The translations under genes were made by a program, and so were the position numbers. A DNA stretch of 64,000 nt, from the NCBI GenBank assembly GCA_976551045.1, contig CDPCPM010000061.1, positions 1,364,001 through 1,428,000 of the forward strand, read 5' to 3'. The notes beneath the pieces are model-generated. The model saw nothing but the letters and a program-made list of their open reading frames with translations. It did no database searches and was not told the origin of the DNA. Source of the DNA: Glaucostegus cemiculus (lineage: Eukaryota). Of the stretch, positions 48,246-61,738 are shown in pieces; the first letter of the stretch is position 1; each line of letters opens with the position of its first letter.

Positions 48246-51200
48246 GGATATTCTGTTTTCCATCTTTAGGAGCTCTCCATCCCAGAGGATTGTTGGTGTT
48301 CAGTCACAGAGTGCATTTGAACCTGAAATTGGTGGATTTTTATGTACGGAGGAATGTGAGGATCAGGAGAAGAAGTGGAAGGAAGATAGAAACAGAAGAT
48401 CTTCTGTGGTCTTGGTGGAGGCTGCTCCACTGCATTCTCTTAAGATGCACCAACTCTGCAGTACAAGGCTAGTGCTAGGTCAAGTTTTGGTGTTTAACAC
48501 CCATTGTTTAAGCTGCTGACTTCAGTACCTAGGGAAGAGGTGTGGTGAACCAGGAACAGTGTGTTGCATTGCAGAAAAGCACATCCCCCTGGCCATTAAC
48601 AGAGCTGACAACAGTTCATCATACTGTCACCCCATTACTCCATGGAGTAGTCCCAAGCATGAATGGAATGGAGGTAAAGCAAATATTTCTGCTGAAAATA
48701 CTTCTGTTGCCCTGTACCATATAATACTGGTATTACTGATGTGGTATTACTGAAGTCCTTTAGTGTTTGGGGAATGTCCATAACTCATGAAACCTGCACT
48801 TTCACCCAAGAGCATTAAGTATTGCAACTGTGCAAATAGTTTCACGAGAGGTGAGAGACCTATTTGTGGAAACACAGGCCATGAAAGTAGTGAGAACTGG
48901 ACTGTTTCAAATAAAAAACAGGAGTGTTTTAGAGTTTGCATGATCTGCAGGCTGGGAGGGGGTGGGTACAGTTATTTAATACATACTCTCTTCCATGAGG
49001 AAAAGCATTAGAATGTAAATGCTCTCAAAAATGTTTCTTGTGAATTGAACATCTAAGTGCCAATCCAGCACAGTGGATTACTGTTTTTAATTTCACTGCC
49101 ATCAAATCATCATTCAATCCCATAGAAAAAGAGAACATCACAAAGGTTTCAGTCAAGGGAGCATTCGGAATTGACATTAATGGATATACAGTCATTAACC
49201 CAGAGTACTTCAGCAATCATGTCATTCTGACTGTGTGAGTTAATTCAGCGCTTTCAGTCTTGTGGGCAGTAACCCACTCTGCTGTCTTGCTTGCTGCTGA
49301 TGCTCAGCAACACTTTGTGCTTAAAAAATATTTTATATAATAAACAGTACAGATAAAAGGGAAAGAAGTTGGTTACTTTTGTGGGTATTTCTTCTTTGAG
49401 ACTAAAGTGCCAAAACACTCAACTTTTGGAAATATTTCTACAATGGTCGTGTTTAACAACAAGAAAACCTTGTAGGGAGAACTTCAGGATTGCGAAGGAT
49501 TAAATGTCCTGAACATCATTAGCCAGAAAATGCCAGCACATCGTAAAGGTGTTCTGAGAATGTTACTGGAGGTTTAAAGCCATGAAGGCTATTCTCGGTT
49601 TTGCCTTGCTAAGCAGTCGGTTGTTCTGGGAAACTGGATCCGTGAGATTGGAAATAAATTCTCCCAGTGAATTTGCTCTTCACCTTCAAATCTCTTTGTC
49701 TGAGATTTCCTGTGCAATTTGCCTAAAATTAGCCAAACCAACACAACAGGGAATTTGAAATATTTATTATTTGTTCATGGGACAAGAATGTCGCCTGTCC
49801 CTGATTCCTCCTGAACTGTGGCGTGTTAAGTGCAGTTAAGAGTCAGCCACATTGATGGGAGTGGAGTCACATACAGGCCCAATCTAGTCAGGAAGCCACA
49901 TTTCCTTCTCTGAACAATATTAATGAAGCAGATGCTTTTTTTGAAAAAAACTTTTATCCAGTAATTTCAACGTCACCATGTTATTAATTTCAGGCTTTTA
50001 AAATTTAATTACATGAACTTAAATTCACCAGCTGCAATACTGGGATTCAAACGTTTGTCACCTGGTAAATTATCCAGGCCTCTGGATATTAGTACAGTAA
50101 CTTAACCACTCTGCGTCTGTATTCTTAATTACTTTAAATGTATTGAGTTTACACAATCTGTTGTGTTATTTTAAAGGTAATATGCAAGAAAATGGCCCTG
50201 CACCCTAATTGTCCCTGTTCCTATTTTTGAATTTCTCTGGTAATTTTAATTATTTGCAGGCTTTGGGAAAATTAAACATGTTTTGAAGGTTGAAACAGCA
50301 ATGGGCTTCTTTTAAAAAAAACTTTCCAGATTGCTTCTAATTTTCTTTGGAACCATGCAGTATACATCCATGCAACTAGTCATGAAAATTAATACAGAAG
50401 TGAACCATTCAGCCCAAAGTATAAAGTATAAATATACAGTAGTTTTTTTAAAGGCACTTTCAATTCCTGAAAATGCGATCACTTGTGAGTTATTGACCAG
50501 ACATCTGACTAAATGTGATACACATTTCTGTGATTAATCTATTTTCACTACTGTTTGTAAAATTTGTTGAAGATTTTACATTCTCTGGTGTGCAGGTGAG
50601 TTGAGGGGTAGCTTCAGCACAATCCCCTCTGTAATATTTAGATCTCGAGGGTACTGGGGATATGAGGTTAGTGGCACTATTGTAGAACAGCAGTGATCTT
50701 ACAGTGATATAGTCACAGAGTCACACAGCACTGAAGTATGTCCTTGGCCCACCAAATCTACGTTGACCATCAAGCACCTATTTACACTAATCCCATTCTA
50801 TCCTCCCCACTTTCCCATCAACTCCCCTATATATTAGAGGCAGCAGTGACCAATTAACCTACCAACCCGCATGCATTTGGGATGTGGGAGGAAACCAGAG
50901 CAACTGAAGGAAATTATTCAACATTAGAGCAGCCAGGAGGCCTTCTCCTGGTTTTATGAAAAAATAACTAACAGTGCATGTGATTTGAGTCCTGATTCCT
51001 CATTAAGTCTGAACTGGAATCCCTGGGCCAAAGTTCTGAAAAGATTTCGATGTGAAACTTATTACCACTTACGAAAGTTATTTCCAAATCTTGGCTGTCA
51101 TTTGCATCTAATAACTTTACCCCAGAAAGATCTGATACTTAGGCTAGGTTCCCCAGATTTTTTTTTTATTCTTCTACAGGAGACGTGCATTGCTACAAAA

Positions 51201-51762
51201 CCAGCATTTATTGCCCATCCCTTATGGCCTTCAGAAGGGGGTTGTGAGCCACATTGGCTTGAGTTGTGAAGTCACTTCCATGGATTTGTTAGACTAAGGA
51301 GAATTGGTGGAATTTTCAAAGGTCTTCAGTATGGTTAAAAAAGAAGAGAAATTATTCCCTTTGGATAGGTTTAGGAGTGAAACCATCACAGTGAGATTTC
51401 AGTGTTTTTCTTCTGCTCTGACAGTACCTTCCAAGTCCATGACCTCTACCAAGCGGACAAGAACAGCAAGAGCACCACCACCTTTAGGTCCCCCTCCAAG
51501 TCAAACACCACCCTTGACTTGGAAACATGTCAAGTTCCTTCATCATTGGGTCTAAATCCTGGAATGCTCTGCTGTGTGTACATTCACCAGAAGGAGAGTA
51601 GTGATTTAATGGGCAGTAAGTGCTGGCTTTGTCAGCAAGGCACTTGTATTTTAAATGATTCAGAGAAAAATCTTCCCTTGTAATTTTTTTTGCAATCCAG
51701 GTCTCATTCATGTAAATTGATACTACCAATGTGTTAAAGAAGTTATTTTGTATTGCATTTGA

Positions 51763-51993
<231 letters not shown>

Positions 51994-52627
51994 TAAGTGG
52001 TACAAGCTTCTTAGAACTCCATTATTTTGCTGGGAGCACAATATGAATAACATCAAACCTAACTTAAAGACAGAAGCCAGATGGAGCTTGTTGATAGATT
52101 TGGATCTGTTGAAGAAAGGGAAATAGGCAAGTATGTGGTCTGTCACTCGAGTCTCAGAGAGGAAAGTTTTATCTGTAATATTTATTTGTTGCAGTGATAC
52201 GCCTGTCTTAAGTCAAACGGATATGTTTATGCCAAGACACTTAGACAGATGCCTGAATGCAGACAATGGCATCCCAGGGTACAGCAACACAATTTGACAC
52301 TGTACACATAAGCTGACTTCAGAACATTGCCAAGCAATGAGTCCCAACCCTTATCACTTGTTCAAGTGTGAAATAATGGTAGTGGATGCACATAATGAAT
52401 TGGCTGCATGTCCTCACCTTTCTGAACATTTCTTCCTTTTGTATCAAGACTCCCTTTATCCAGAGAGTGGAAGTTATGTTAAACAGTCACAGCAGATGGC
52501 AAAGCGAAGAATACTGGACCCACTCATGCATTCCTCTGGCTTCCTTTTGCTCTTCACTCGACACAGTGAAGGGAATGAACCTACCTTCCATTTTTTCCGT
52601 CACTACAACACTCAAAGTTTCAATGAC

Positions 52628-53050
52628 TTAGAACATCGAACAGTACAGCACAGGAACAGGGCCTTTGGTCCACGATGTTGTGCAGAACTATGTAAGCTAA
52701 TGATACCTTACCTCTTCTGCCTACACATGATCCATATCCCTCCATACCCTACATATTCATGTGCCTATCTAAGAGCCTCTTAAATGCCTCTGTCATATCT
52801 GCCTCCAACACCACCCCTAGCAGCACATTCCCTTTGAACTTAGCCCCTCTCATCTTGAAGGCACGGCCTATAGTATTAGACATTTCGGCCCTGGGAAAAA
52901 TGGTACTGGCCATCTACTCTAACTCTCATAATTTTCTGAACTTCTATCGGGTCTCCCCTCAGCCTCCAGAGAAAACAACCCAAGTTTGTACAACCTCTCC
53001 TTATAGCACATGCCCTCTAATGCAGGTAGCATCCTGGTAAACCTCTTCAA
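52628..53050 (-). mobile_element. CR1 LINE 3' fragment
   Basis: Colinear with 33605-34100. Confidence 0.85.
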
Positions 53051-53194
53051 AGGTTTTAACTGCTTCAGAGATAGGATCTAAGCAATGGTACATATGTGGG
53101 AGAAAGCTCAGCTCACCAAATTGTGAATGGCTTGTCTCAACTTGTAATTTCACTTACTAGGAAAGCCATTAAAAAGAAGCCCAATTATTGTACA

Positions 53195-53385
53195 GCTGCT
53201 GGAATCTGGAGCAACTTGTGTTTCCAATAAGAGAGAAACTGCTGGAGGAACTCAGTGGGTCAAGCAGCATCTGTGGAGGGGAAAGGAACTACCAACTCTG
53301 CAAGGTCTCTATCTGAGACATTGACAATTCCTTTGCCCTCACAGACGCTACTCAATCTGTTGAGTTCCTCCAGCAGTTTGCTTTC
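53195..53385. mobile_element. Palindromic Penelope-terminus-derived element
   Basis: aaactgctggaggaactca (about 53236-53254) pairs with tgagttcctccagcagttt (53361-53379). Confidence 0.75.
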
Positions 53386-53854
53386 AGTCCAATTATTGGG
53401 ACAGGTTGGATGCAAGAAGCAGCCAGACTATCCATTTCCTCTGCAGAAACACAATCATTAATAGTGCACTTGTCGTCATGGCCATCCCTCGAGGGTCTTT
53501 GTTCCGTTGAACTATTTATGGGCTCTCAAGTGGCTTATGAGTCCAACCTTGGCTCTGAAAGTTCTTCCGCATTCAGGACAGGTAGTTCCAGCTGGCAGAT
53601 CAGGCTCCGGTTGTTTCTGCTTCTCTTTCCATTTTCTTCTCTTTTCCTCTAACTCTGCTGCTGTTCCTTCTCAGATAATGGTTTGCCAGTGTTTCCTGTT
53701 CTTGGCATCGGTTTCCCAATTGTTAAGTGCACTTGCAGATATATTCGAAAGCAAAAGTTAAAAAAAAATCTATCTGTTTGCCAGGTTTACTTCTGAACAC
53801 TGCAGTGATGGGATAACTGGCATGAATCATTTGTATTTTCCTGTCCTTTTGCAG

Positions 53855-54092
53855 ATATGTAATTGCAAATCCGCCCTATGAGTTTGAACTTGTCCCAACT
53901 GATGTGATCTTCTGCCTGATGCAATTTGACCACAATGCTGGCCAGTCCCGAGGCAGCATGTCGCACTCGTCTCATTCCTCTCACTCTTCCAGTAAGAAAA
54001 GCTCGTCTGTGCACTCCATCCCATCTTCCACCAACCGTCCAAACCGGAACAAGACAAGGGATCCCCGGGAAAAGCAGAAGTATGTTGCTTGA
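53855..54092 (+). CDS. KCNMA1: Exon [74 protein letters not shown]; spliced form ends at 54079, read-through form ends KYVA* at 54092
   Basis: Matches the Slo1 distal C-terminus. Acceptor ccttttgcag, internal donor CAGAA|gtatgt after 54079 (225 nt), TGA at 54090-54092. Confidence 0.97.
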
Positions 54093-55217
54093 CGAGAGAG
54101 CTTGCTATGACCATGCTAAGTGATGACAAAGAATGTTTATGAATTTCCATCTTTGCCCATTCCCCAGAGCAGAACTTCCCTGTGTTACGGACCGCATCAT
54201 ATATGTCTGCACATGTTTGTCTATATGCATGCGTTTGTCAACAGATTTCATCATATCCATTTCCTGCAGCACAACAGCAACAAACCAGAGGAACCTAAAA
54301 ACCAATCATTATCCAACACCAATTAATTCTCTGCAGAAAGCACTGACATTATTATTTGAAGCAATTACTTAATGTTTGATGGTTTACACAGAGCACCATA
54401 ATAATTATTTTAATGCATAGCATTAGGGTACAGAAAGGGGTAAGATTTTTATAATTATCTTAAACTGAAACATGGCTTGCATCCAAAGAGGCAACTCCTG
54501 GTGAAGGTGGTTACTGCTTCCCACCTTGGAAATGGGGTTTGGGTCATTTTAAATTCATGACATTGTGACTAATTCAATATTGTTAGTGCAGACACAGCTG
54601 AACAATATTGGGGTGGAGGATGTAATGAATAGAATTTAGTCGGATGCACAAAACATTACTCTCGGACTGTCACGTTATCAACCGGTTTTCTTCTACTCCC
54701 TGTGAATTGATGTCACTTTTTCTAAATTAACTTTTACATTTTCTAAGGTGGAAAAAAAATTGCAATAATATTTTACTGGGATGGTTTAGTGACGTGAATG
54801 TTGGCAGAAAGTAATAATAGTATGGCAGATATTTTTATATGGTAGTCATTTCATTCCACAGTTAGTATTTGTTAAGCACACTTCTGTGTAAATGTCATAG
54901 ACACACTGTCCATGTGTTTTGTGGGGTGCAGATTTTTTAGGAAGATTTGTACGGTGACTTTCTCTTCTCCCCCAATGCAGTAAAGCAAGCTTTATACATA
55001 AATTTAATAGTTTCCAATACTGCTATTTCATAGCATGGGTTTGCCAGTGAGTGTGTGTTACGGTTCAAAGACTACCAATCGCCTTTCATGGACACTGCTC
55101 AATTAAAACATTTTACTGTTCAGTTGGACAGTGACAGTGAAAGGACTGAGACCAAAATGTGATAGTTTAAGAAAATTGTAAACTTACCTAGAATATTTAC
55201 TTACTTTTTCTCTAAAG

Positions 55218-55246
55218 TGCTACAAGGATGTCTAGAATGAGCCAAG
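55218..55246 (+). CDS. KCNMA1: 29-nt C-terminal switch mini-exon (N)ATRMSRMSQ, leading to the VEDEC-type tail
   Basis: Acceptor tttttctctaaag, donor CAAG|gtatga. Joined to 54079 it reads N-A-T-R-M-S-R-M-S-Q, matching mammalian NATRMTRMGQ. Confidence 0.92.
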
Positions 55247-58200
55247 GTATGACTATCAATGGTTTTGCATGATACGGCAGGTGCCGTGGGTTCTTTCCAT
55301 TGTCCTTGTGAAATTTCGTCAATTAAAATTTAGTAAAAAGACTTTTTTTTAAAACAGATCAGATAATTTGTGTTTGTTTATTTACGCTTTCTGGCCGAAA
55401 CGAGCTGTCTGCTGCTGCTGCTGTTTTATCCATGACAGATGTGACCCCCGTTTCCACCATTCCCATGCTCCTCCTTGCATGTGGCATCCTGCTGCTCATG
55501 TGATTGCATTGTGACCAGTTGGAATCTGTCACCGTATGCAGATTCTGTCATTCACATCGTTGTTCTGTAGTAACAGGCGGGACCATTTGATTTTTTTGCA
55601 TTGATGTTAGCTGAGCGATTAATCATCCGTTCACACAGTGGTTTTGCTAACATCGATTCCCATTCTTCCTTGAAAATTCGGTATGCTGAAAGTGATGTTT
55701 TGGTGACTCAGCCATTCTGTATCAGCACATTCTGACATGAATTATCAAGAGGGTGGAGGTCTGGATGGGATACAGCAATGCGTGAATGAGAGCACTGCAG
55801 GAGTGTCCGGGCTCCTAAACAAGCCCAGCAATGCTTCATTCCTACCCTGCCCTGATACCGAGCATTACCTTGAAACCACGTGAATGTTCTGCTTTATTTT
55901 TTACTATGTTTAAACCACAGTTGTGGATGATGCTGTATACTTCACATATCTGATGTAAAGTTAATCCTCTCAGCAGAAGGGAAATTAGCTGAGGAAGAAC
56001 ATTATTCACTTTCAAAAAAAAGTACCAGGAGCAGCACTTCAAGTGCTGTAACGAACTAGATAACAGGCAAGAAACCAACTGGGGAGCGAGACTAAATAAG
56101 TCAATCCCTCTCAGCTTTACCAGCTGTCAATAACTTTTAACAACTTCCAAATATCTCCAAAACTCAGAGACATTGAAAAATTAATCTAAAGTGAAATATT
56201 AAAAGGAAGTGACTTTCCTTTTCTTTTGCACTATATTGAAGTAAGGGTGGTCATAGATCCTGCTCCAAATCTGAGATGGGATCAAGAGGCCATTCCTCAG
56301 CATAATCCTTGGGGTGTCTTGGTCTCTGAGGAGCTCTAGCAGAGGAGGAACTGGTAGATCAGCCAACTAAATCTGTTACCAAGTCTGGCATGTCTGCATT
56401 TCACAGAAAATCCTAAAGTTACTGATCGTCCTAGCCTTGGGTTCCAGAATTAAGTCTCAGTATTGTGGAAGTACTGATCGGTTAGAGAGGTTAGTAGGAG
56501 TAGCAGTAGATAAATAAAGTCAGGCTATCTAGATTAGCATTATCTGTACTCCCTCACTAAAATTCTTTACCTCCTCTAAAGGTCCAGATTCCTCAGTGGA
56601 AACATTTTTTGGTCACCATTTGGCTATTCAAGACCAAGGGCTAACAGGTTATTCTACAAACTAACCCAACCCTCTCCACATGATGCTCAAACAAACACAT
56701 AAATATTAGGAGTCTAGGACTGTGACATTTCTTTCCCAATCCAAGCCTTCTGAGATGCATTCTCACATTGCCTCTACCACTCTGGTTAACACAGTACACA
56801 CGCTGGAGTTAGTCAGCAAGAGAACACACTTTGTGTTGCTATACTATTAAAGAAATTGGATCAGTGCAAATCGGAGAACATCAAGGAGCACCTGATGCAG
56901 AGCTGAGACTTCTGAGAACACGTTCCCAAGGCATCTCACACAGGTTTCACTGCAGATGCCTCATCAGCAACATCAGTCCTAATTTTCAGCTATTTTCCCC
57001 TCTGCACCATGTGAAAATCAAGTCAGAGTTACTCAAATCATCTAAATCACAAAGGTATCTGGAATTCTCTCCATGGGTTTCCAAGAATAACCACCTTTTT
57101 ATGTCTCACATCACTACATTTGACATCAGGGCCCGTGATAACGATGAGGGCGTAATAGATTTCAAACAGCAGCAGGGCACATGAGATAATATTCTCTCAC
57201 AGAAGGAGCAGAAACCAACAAAGATCGTCTCAGCAATCAGACTTGCTCTTTGAAGCTCAGCCCATTAACAGAGACCTGAAGTGAACTGAGTCTCAGAGAG
57301 GTCTCTGAGAGTTAAAGCCTCCTCCGGAGCCAACAGCACATTGCCGCCTGCCACCTCCACCCTGCTTCTCTTTGACTCACCACGCCTTCAACCACCCCCT
57401 GAAAAAAAATTTCCAGTGTTTTTACAGTCGTGGGATCAAAGTGTGAATAGGCGTGCTGGACACAGAGCAGGTACCTGCGGTTACCGATGACTGCAGAGGA
57501 AATAAGAAGTACTTCTTGCCTGTCACTGACCTAAATGCATTCAGTGGACTCACAGCAGGCTAATTAAACCCTCTCTTGTTTACTCAATATTAGCATAGCA
57601 GGAAATGGCTTCTCAAAAACCTGGTATTTTAATCAAAGCAAAAGCAATACATTCCTCTCAGTGTGCTTTTACTCTGGTGGTTTTGTTTCCCGGCTTTTTT
57701 ATATTTGTCTCCCACTATATCCTGTGGTGGAATGCATGGCAGGTTTATGTCCTTGCTTACCAAGAGATTTTGGTCAAACTAATTTTAGGGGATGTGTAAT
57801 GTTCTTAAAATAAGGCGATGCTCTGAAGCTGTGCTGAGATCTCATTTCCTTGTGTGCGGGAGTAACCTTGTTCCTCTGGAGGTTAGACGGCCTCCATTTT
57901 GTTTTGGGGAAATGTTCAGGTGCCCCCGTTTGAATTTCTGATTAATAAGCTGAAGGAACATAGAAGTACAGAAAACGCCCTTCAGCCCACAATGTTATGC
58001 CAAACTAATAATTAAATGTCTGACTAAACTAATCCCTTCTGAACAAGGAATTTTGTTCTGTGCTGTAGGAGCGACAAGTTGGCCTCCACTGCACCAGCAG
58101 CGAGAAACACATCAGGCACAGTTTTGGTATTTTTCAGTTGCAACGTGTAGCCTCAGTTGAGGTAGAGAGAGAGAAATCTCTTTACCACTGGAGGAGTAAA

Positions 58201-58369
58201 CACCTGCCATCTTTCGATCCACATCTTTTACAGTGGTGCCTCCTCATTTACCAATCTACATTACACTGATCCTTATGACCCATGTATCAGGCTGCCTGCA
58301 AAGAGTGGTTAAAATCTGGCACACATATCCAAGGAGATGTGAAGGCAGATACTCTGATATTTAAGAATT

Positions 58370-58745
58370 ATATCGTAGAGTTACAACGGGCTCTTCAGTT
58401 CAAATTGTCCACACCGACCATGACATCTATCCTAGCTAGTCCCATTTGCCTGTGTTTGGCCCATATCCCTCAAATCCCTTTCCTATCCATGTACTTACCT
58501 AACTCTCTCTTAAACATTGTAATTGTACCCCTCTTTACAGCTTCCTCTGGCAACTCGTTCCACATACCCAGCGCTCTCTTGAAGAAGTTTCCCTTCAGGT
58601 CTCTTTTAAATCTTCCCTTCTGGGGAAAAAGATTGTAACCATCTACCTGATCTACACTCCTTGTGAGTTTTCTTATCTATAATGTCACCCCTCAGCCTCT
58701 TATGCTCCAGGGGAAAAAAGTCCCAGCCTATCCAGACTCTTTAGA
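58370..58745 (-). mobile_element. Degraded CR1 3' fragment
   Basis: Similar to 19500-19760. Confidence 0.75.
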
Positions 58746-59029
58746 TGAATCTTTTACACCTCATTTTTCTAATGTCTGATGAGTTTGGACCACTCTTCCT
58801 CATTTCGCCTCACCGGGCAGGAATCAATCAAATGAACCCGTGTGGTACCAGCTCCTGGCCAAGTTGGACTCAGCTACTAACCTGCTTTCAGTGCTTCAAA
58901 CAGTCTCATGACAAGACTTGTTCAATCTCAGCAAGGCTTCCATACTTATTGCACCCCCAACTCCTTGAAAGAGAGGTTAACCTACATTTTGCCTTCCTAA
59001 TTGCTTACTGTATCTGCTTAATTGCTCTT

Positions 59030-59210
59030 TCTTCACCCCTTCCCTCCACCTTTCTATACTAGCTATCTTCCCCTCTTTCTTTCCAGTCCAGATGAAGGGG
59101 TTTCTCCCAAAATGTCAACTATCCATTACCATCCATAGATGCTGCCCAAGCTGCTGAGTTCCTCCAACATCTTATGTGTTGCTCCAGCATCTGCAGTCTC
59201 TTGTGTCTCC
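59030..59210 (+). mobile_element. Penelope terminus copy with a degenerate hammerhead-like segment
   Basis: Pyrimidine tract followed by cagtccagatgaaggggtttctcccaaaatgtcaact...gatgctgcc..gctgagttcctcca, colinear with 17100-17310. Confidence 0.75.
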
Positions 59211-61230
59211 TGCTTGTTGCATCTCAAGAAAGACTCAAAATCCCTTTGCAGACCAATAATTACTAGTTTCTTGACAGTTAAAAATACACCATTTTCCCAT
59301 CCTTCAAAGTTGGAAAGACTCATATTTTCCCAGATCCTATTTGTAAGTTGCCACCTGTGCCACCTGTCTGTGTACCTCAGCAGACATTTTGCCTTCTTCT
59401 CACGGCTCAGCTTCCTCATTTTGTACCATCAGAGGAATATTTGGATAATTCACACTCTGCTTTCCCCTCTCAGGCAATGGATTGGATCACACTGACTTCT
59501 ACTGGCATTGGTTTATTATTGTCACTTGTACCGAGGTACAGTGAAAAACTTGTCTTGCAAAATATCTTTGTCAGGATGGTGAGTCACACAACTTTCATCA
59601 GACTGTACCTCAGGTTGGAACTTCAGAAATGGAAGCAAGAGGCCATTCAGCTGCACCATTCAATGAGTGTGTCAAGGCATAGAAGGCTATGGAGTGGGTA
59701 GTAAGGTTTAGTATAGATAAGTCCAATGATCAACCTGAACTGAAGGGCCCATTTCTGTACTGTACGACACTATGACTCTGTGTGGCAGTGCCTTCCGGAT
59801 TTGGGCCCAAGGGTTCTGCCAAAGCATCCCAAGCCAAGGGACAGATACACTTCATCCAGACCACAACTGGTGTAACCAGCACAGCCCCATTCATTTAAAT
59901 GGAGGTACCAATGTTCATTAAGTAGGTAAGTGAATCTAAGTAATCAAAGAAGTATACTTTTCAATAAATGGATCTTTTACTAAAATATTTAAGTCTATTT
60001 CAAGTGCTTCTAAAAGCGGAGACATGCAGTGTCAGCAGAAAGACCCAGCGTCGAGCGGCCATCAGAGTGTTGCAGGAATGGGTGTCTCAGGTTAGGAGAC
60101 CCAAGGCCCAGTCACCACCTGTAGCCCACTCTGCTTTGTGGGGTGGGTGGGCACAGCAGTGAGAACAGAATTGGGAACGACCAAGGAGTGTCCAAAGCAG
60201 CTTTGGACACTCCTTGAGAGGCAAATAGGAGGAGCAGGCGGAGTTGAGCCTTTGATGTAAATAGCTGAGGATCTGGTACTGGTCCTGGCGGTACCCTAGT
60301 TTTACATATTCATTCCTCCCTCTAATTCCTTATTACATACACTGCCCTGCTGTATAGACTACTTCCAACTTTAGGCCCTTTTCATTTTACTTTAACCGTC
60401 TTTTTAGTTCCTCATTCTATAACTAATTAATTCCCAGACCACTTATGTCCTTCCTCAGTCCCACCTTTAAGGTTTGTGTAAGGCTGAGGTTGTGGAAGAT
60501 GCCATATAAAGTTTTACTGTTAAATAGACACACAGCTGTTTGAAGATTATTGCCCATATTAAAATAGAAACCATAAACTGTTACCTCAGTTCCATTATTT
60601 CACCCAAGTTGAAATGATGGGGGGCTTCTTCACACGGCAGGAAGTGCAGTGCATAAAAGTACATAATATGTGTGCATTGGGACTTAGGGACCTGATTTTC
60701 CTAACACAGACGTCACACAGTGTCGAATCCCTAATCTCTGCATTGCTAGTTAGATATAAACACACATGCAGCTGTCACTCTCAAAAGCCTTTGGCTTCTT
60801 GCACAGCCAACAGAAAAAAAAGTAACATCTGATTGGTCAAAAAGATAACCAATATCATTCATTTCTAGCTGACCTTGATTGGCTAACAGAGGGTATGTTT
60901 CATCCATTTATGACTGAGAATTTCTATGTATTTTGCAAGAGATTTATAGCCTCACCTATAAACAGCACCAGGCTCCCCTGAAGCCTCAAGAGAGAGGTCA
61001 TGATCAAGCATCATCTTCCCCCTCCGCTGCTCATATCCCAAATTCTAACTTCCAGCTGCCTTTTTCTTAATGGAGCATCATTTGGGAATTGTCCCAGTTG
61101 TGCCAATTCATCAACAGGCTTCATTCAAGCAGCCCTGTCATGTGCGGAATGTACTGCTGTGAAAGGCCACATGGTTTTGTGTGTGTACACGGCACCCATT
61201 ATATGCTGGAACAGTGAGATCTCATCGTGA

Positions 61231-61438
61231 GAGAACAAACTACTGGAGGAACCCAGTGGGTCAAGCAGCATCTGTGGAAGCAGAGGGATGGTCAACATTT
61301 GGGTCAAAACCTTTCATCAGGACCTGATTCTCAGTCTCAACCATCCTTTTGGCTCCTCAGATGCTGCTTAACCCACTGAGTTCCTCCAGCAGCTTGTTCT
61401 AACGCTCCAGATTACCGCATCTGCAGTCTCTTGTATCT
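61231..61438. mobile_element. Palindromic Penelope-terminus-derived element
   Basis: Inverted arms. The minus strand of about 61290-61323 reads gtcCTGATGAaaggttttgacccaaatgttgac. Confidence 0.78.
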
Positions 61439-61441
61439 TCA

Positions 61442-61738
61442 CTGTAGTGCAGTGGTTAGCATAACGCTTTACGACACCAGTGACCTGGGTTCAATTCCGG
61501 TCACTGTCTGTAAGGAGTTTGTACGTTCTCCCCGTGTGTCTGTGTGGGTTTCCTCCGGGTGCTCCGGTTTCCTCCCACATTCCAAAGGCATACGGGTTAG
61601 GAAGTTGTGGGCACGCTATGTTGGAGCCGGAAGTGTGGCAACACTTGCGGGCTGCCCCCAGAACACTACGCAAAAAAAGGTGCATTTCACTGTGTGCTTT
61701 GATGTACACATGACTAATAAAGATATCTTAAAGATATC
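61442..61738 (+). mobile_element. V-SINE with Rex1-like tail
   Basis: tRNA-like head gggttcaattcc, V-domain, tail ttcactgtgtgctttgatgtacacatgactaataaagatatctta. Confidence 0.9.
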
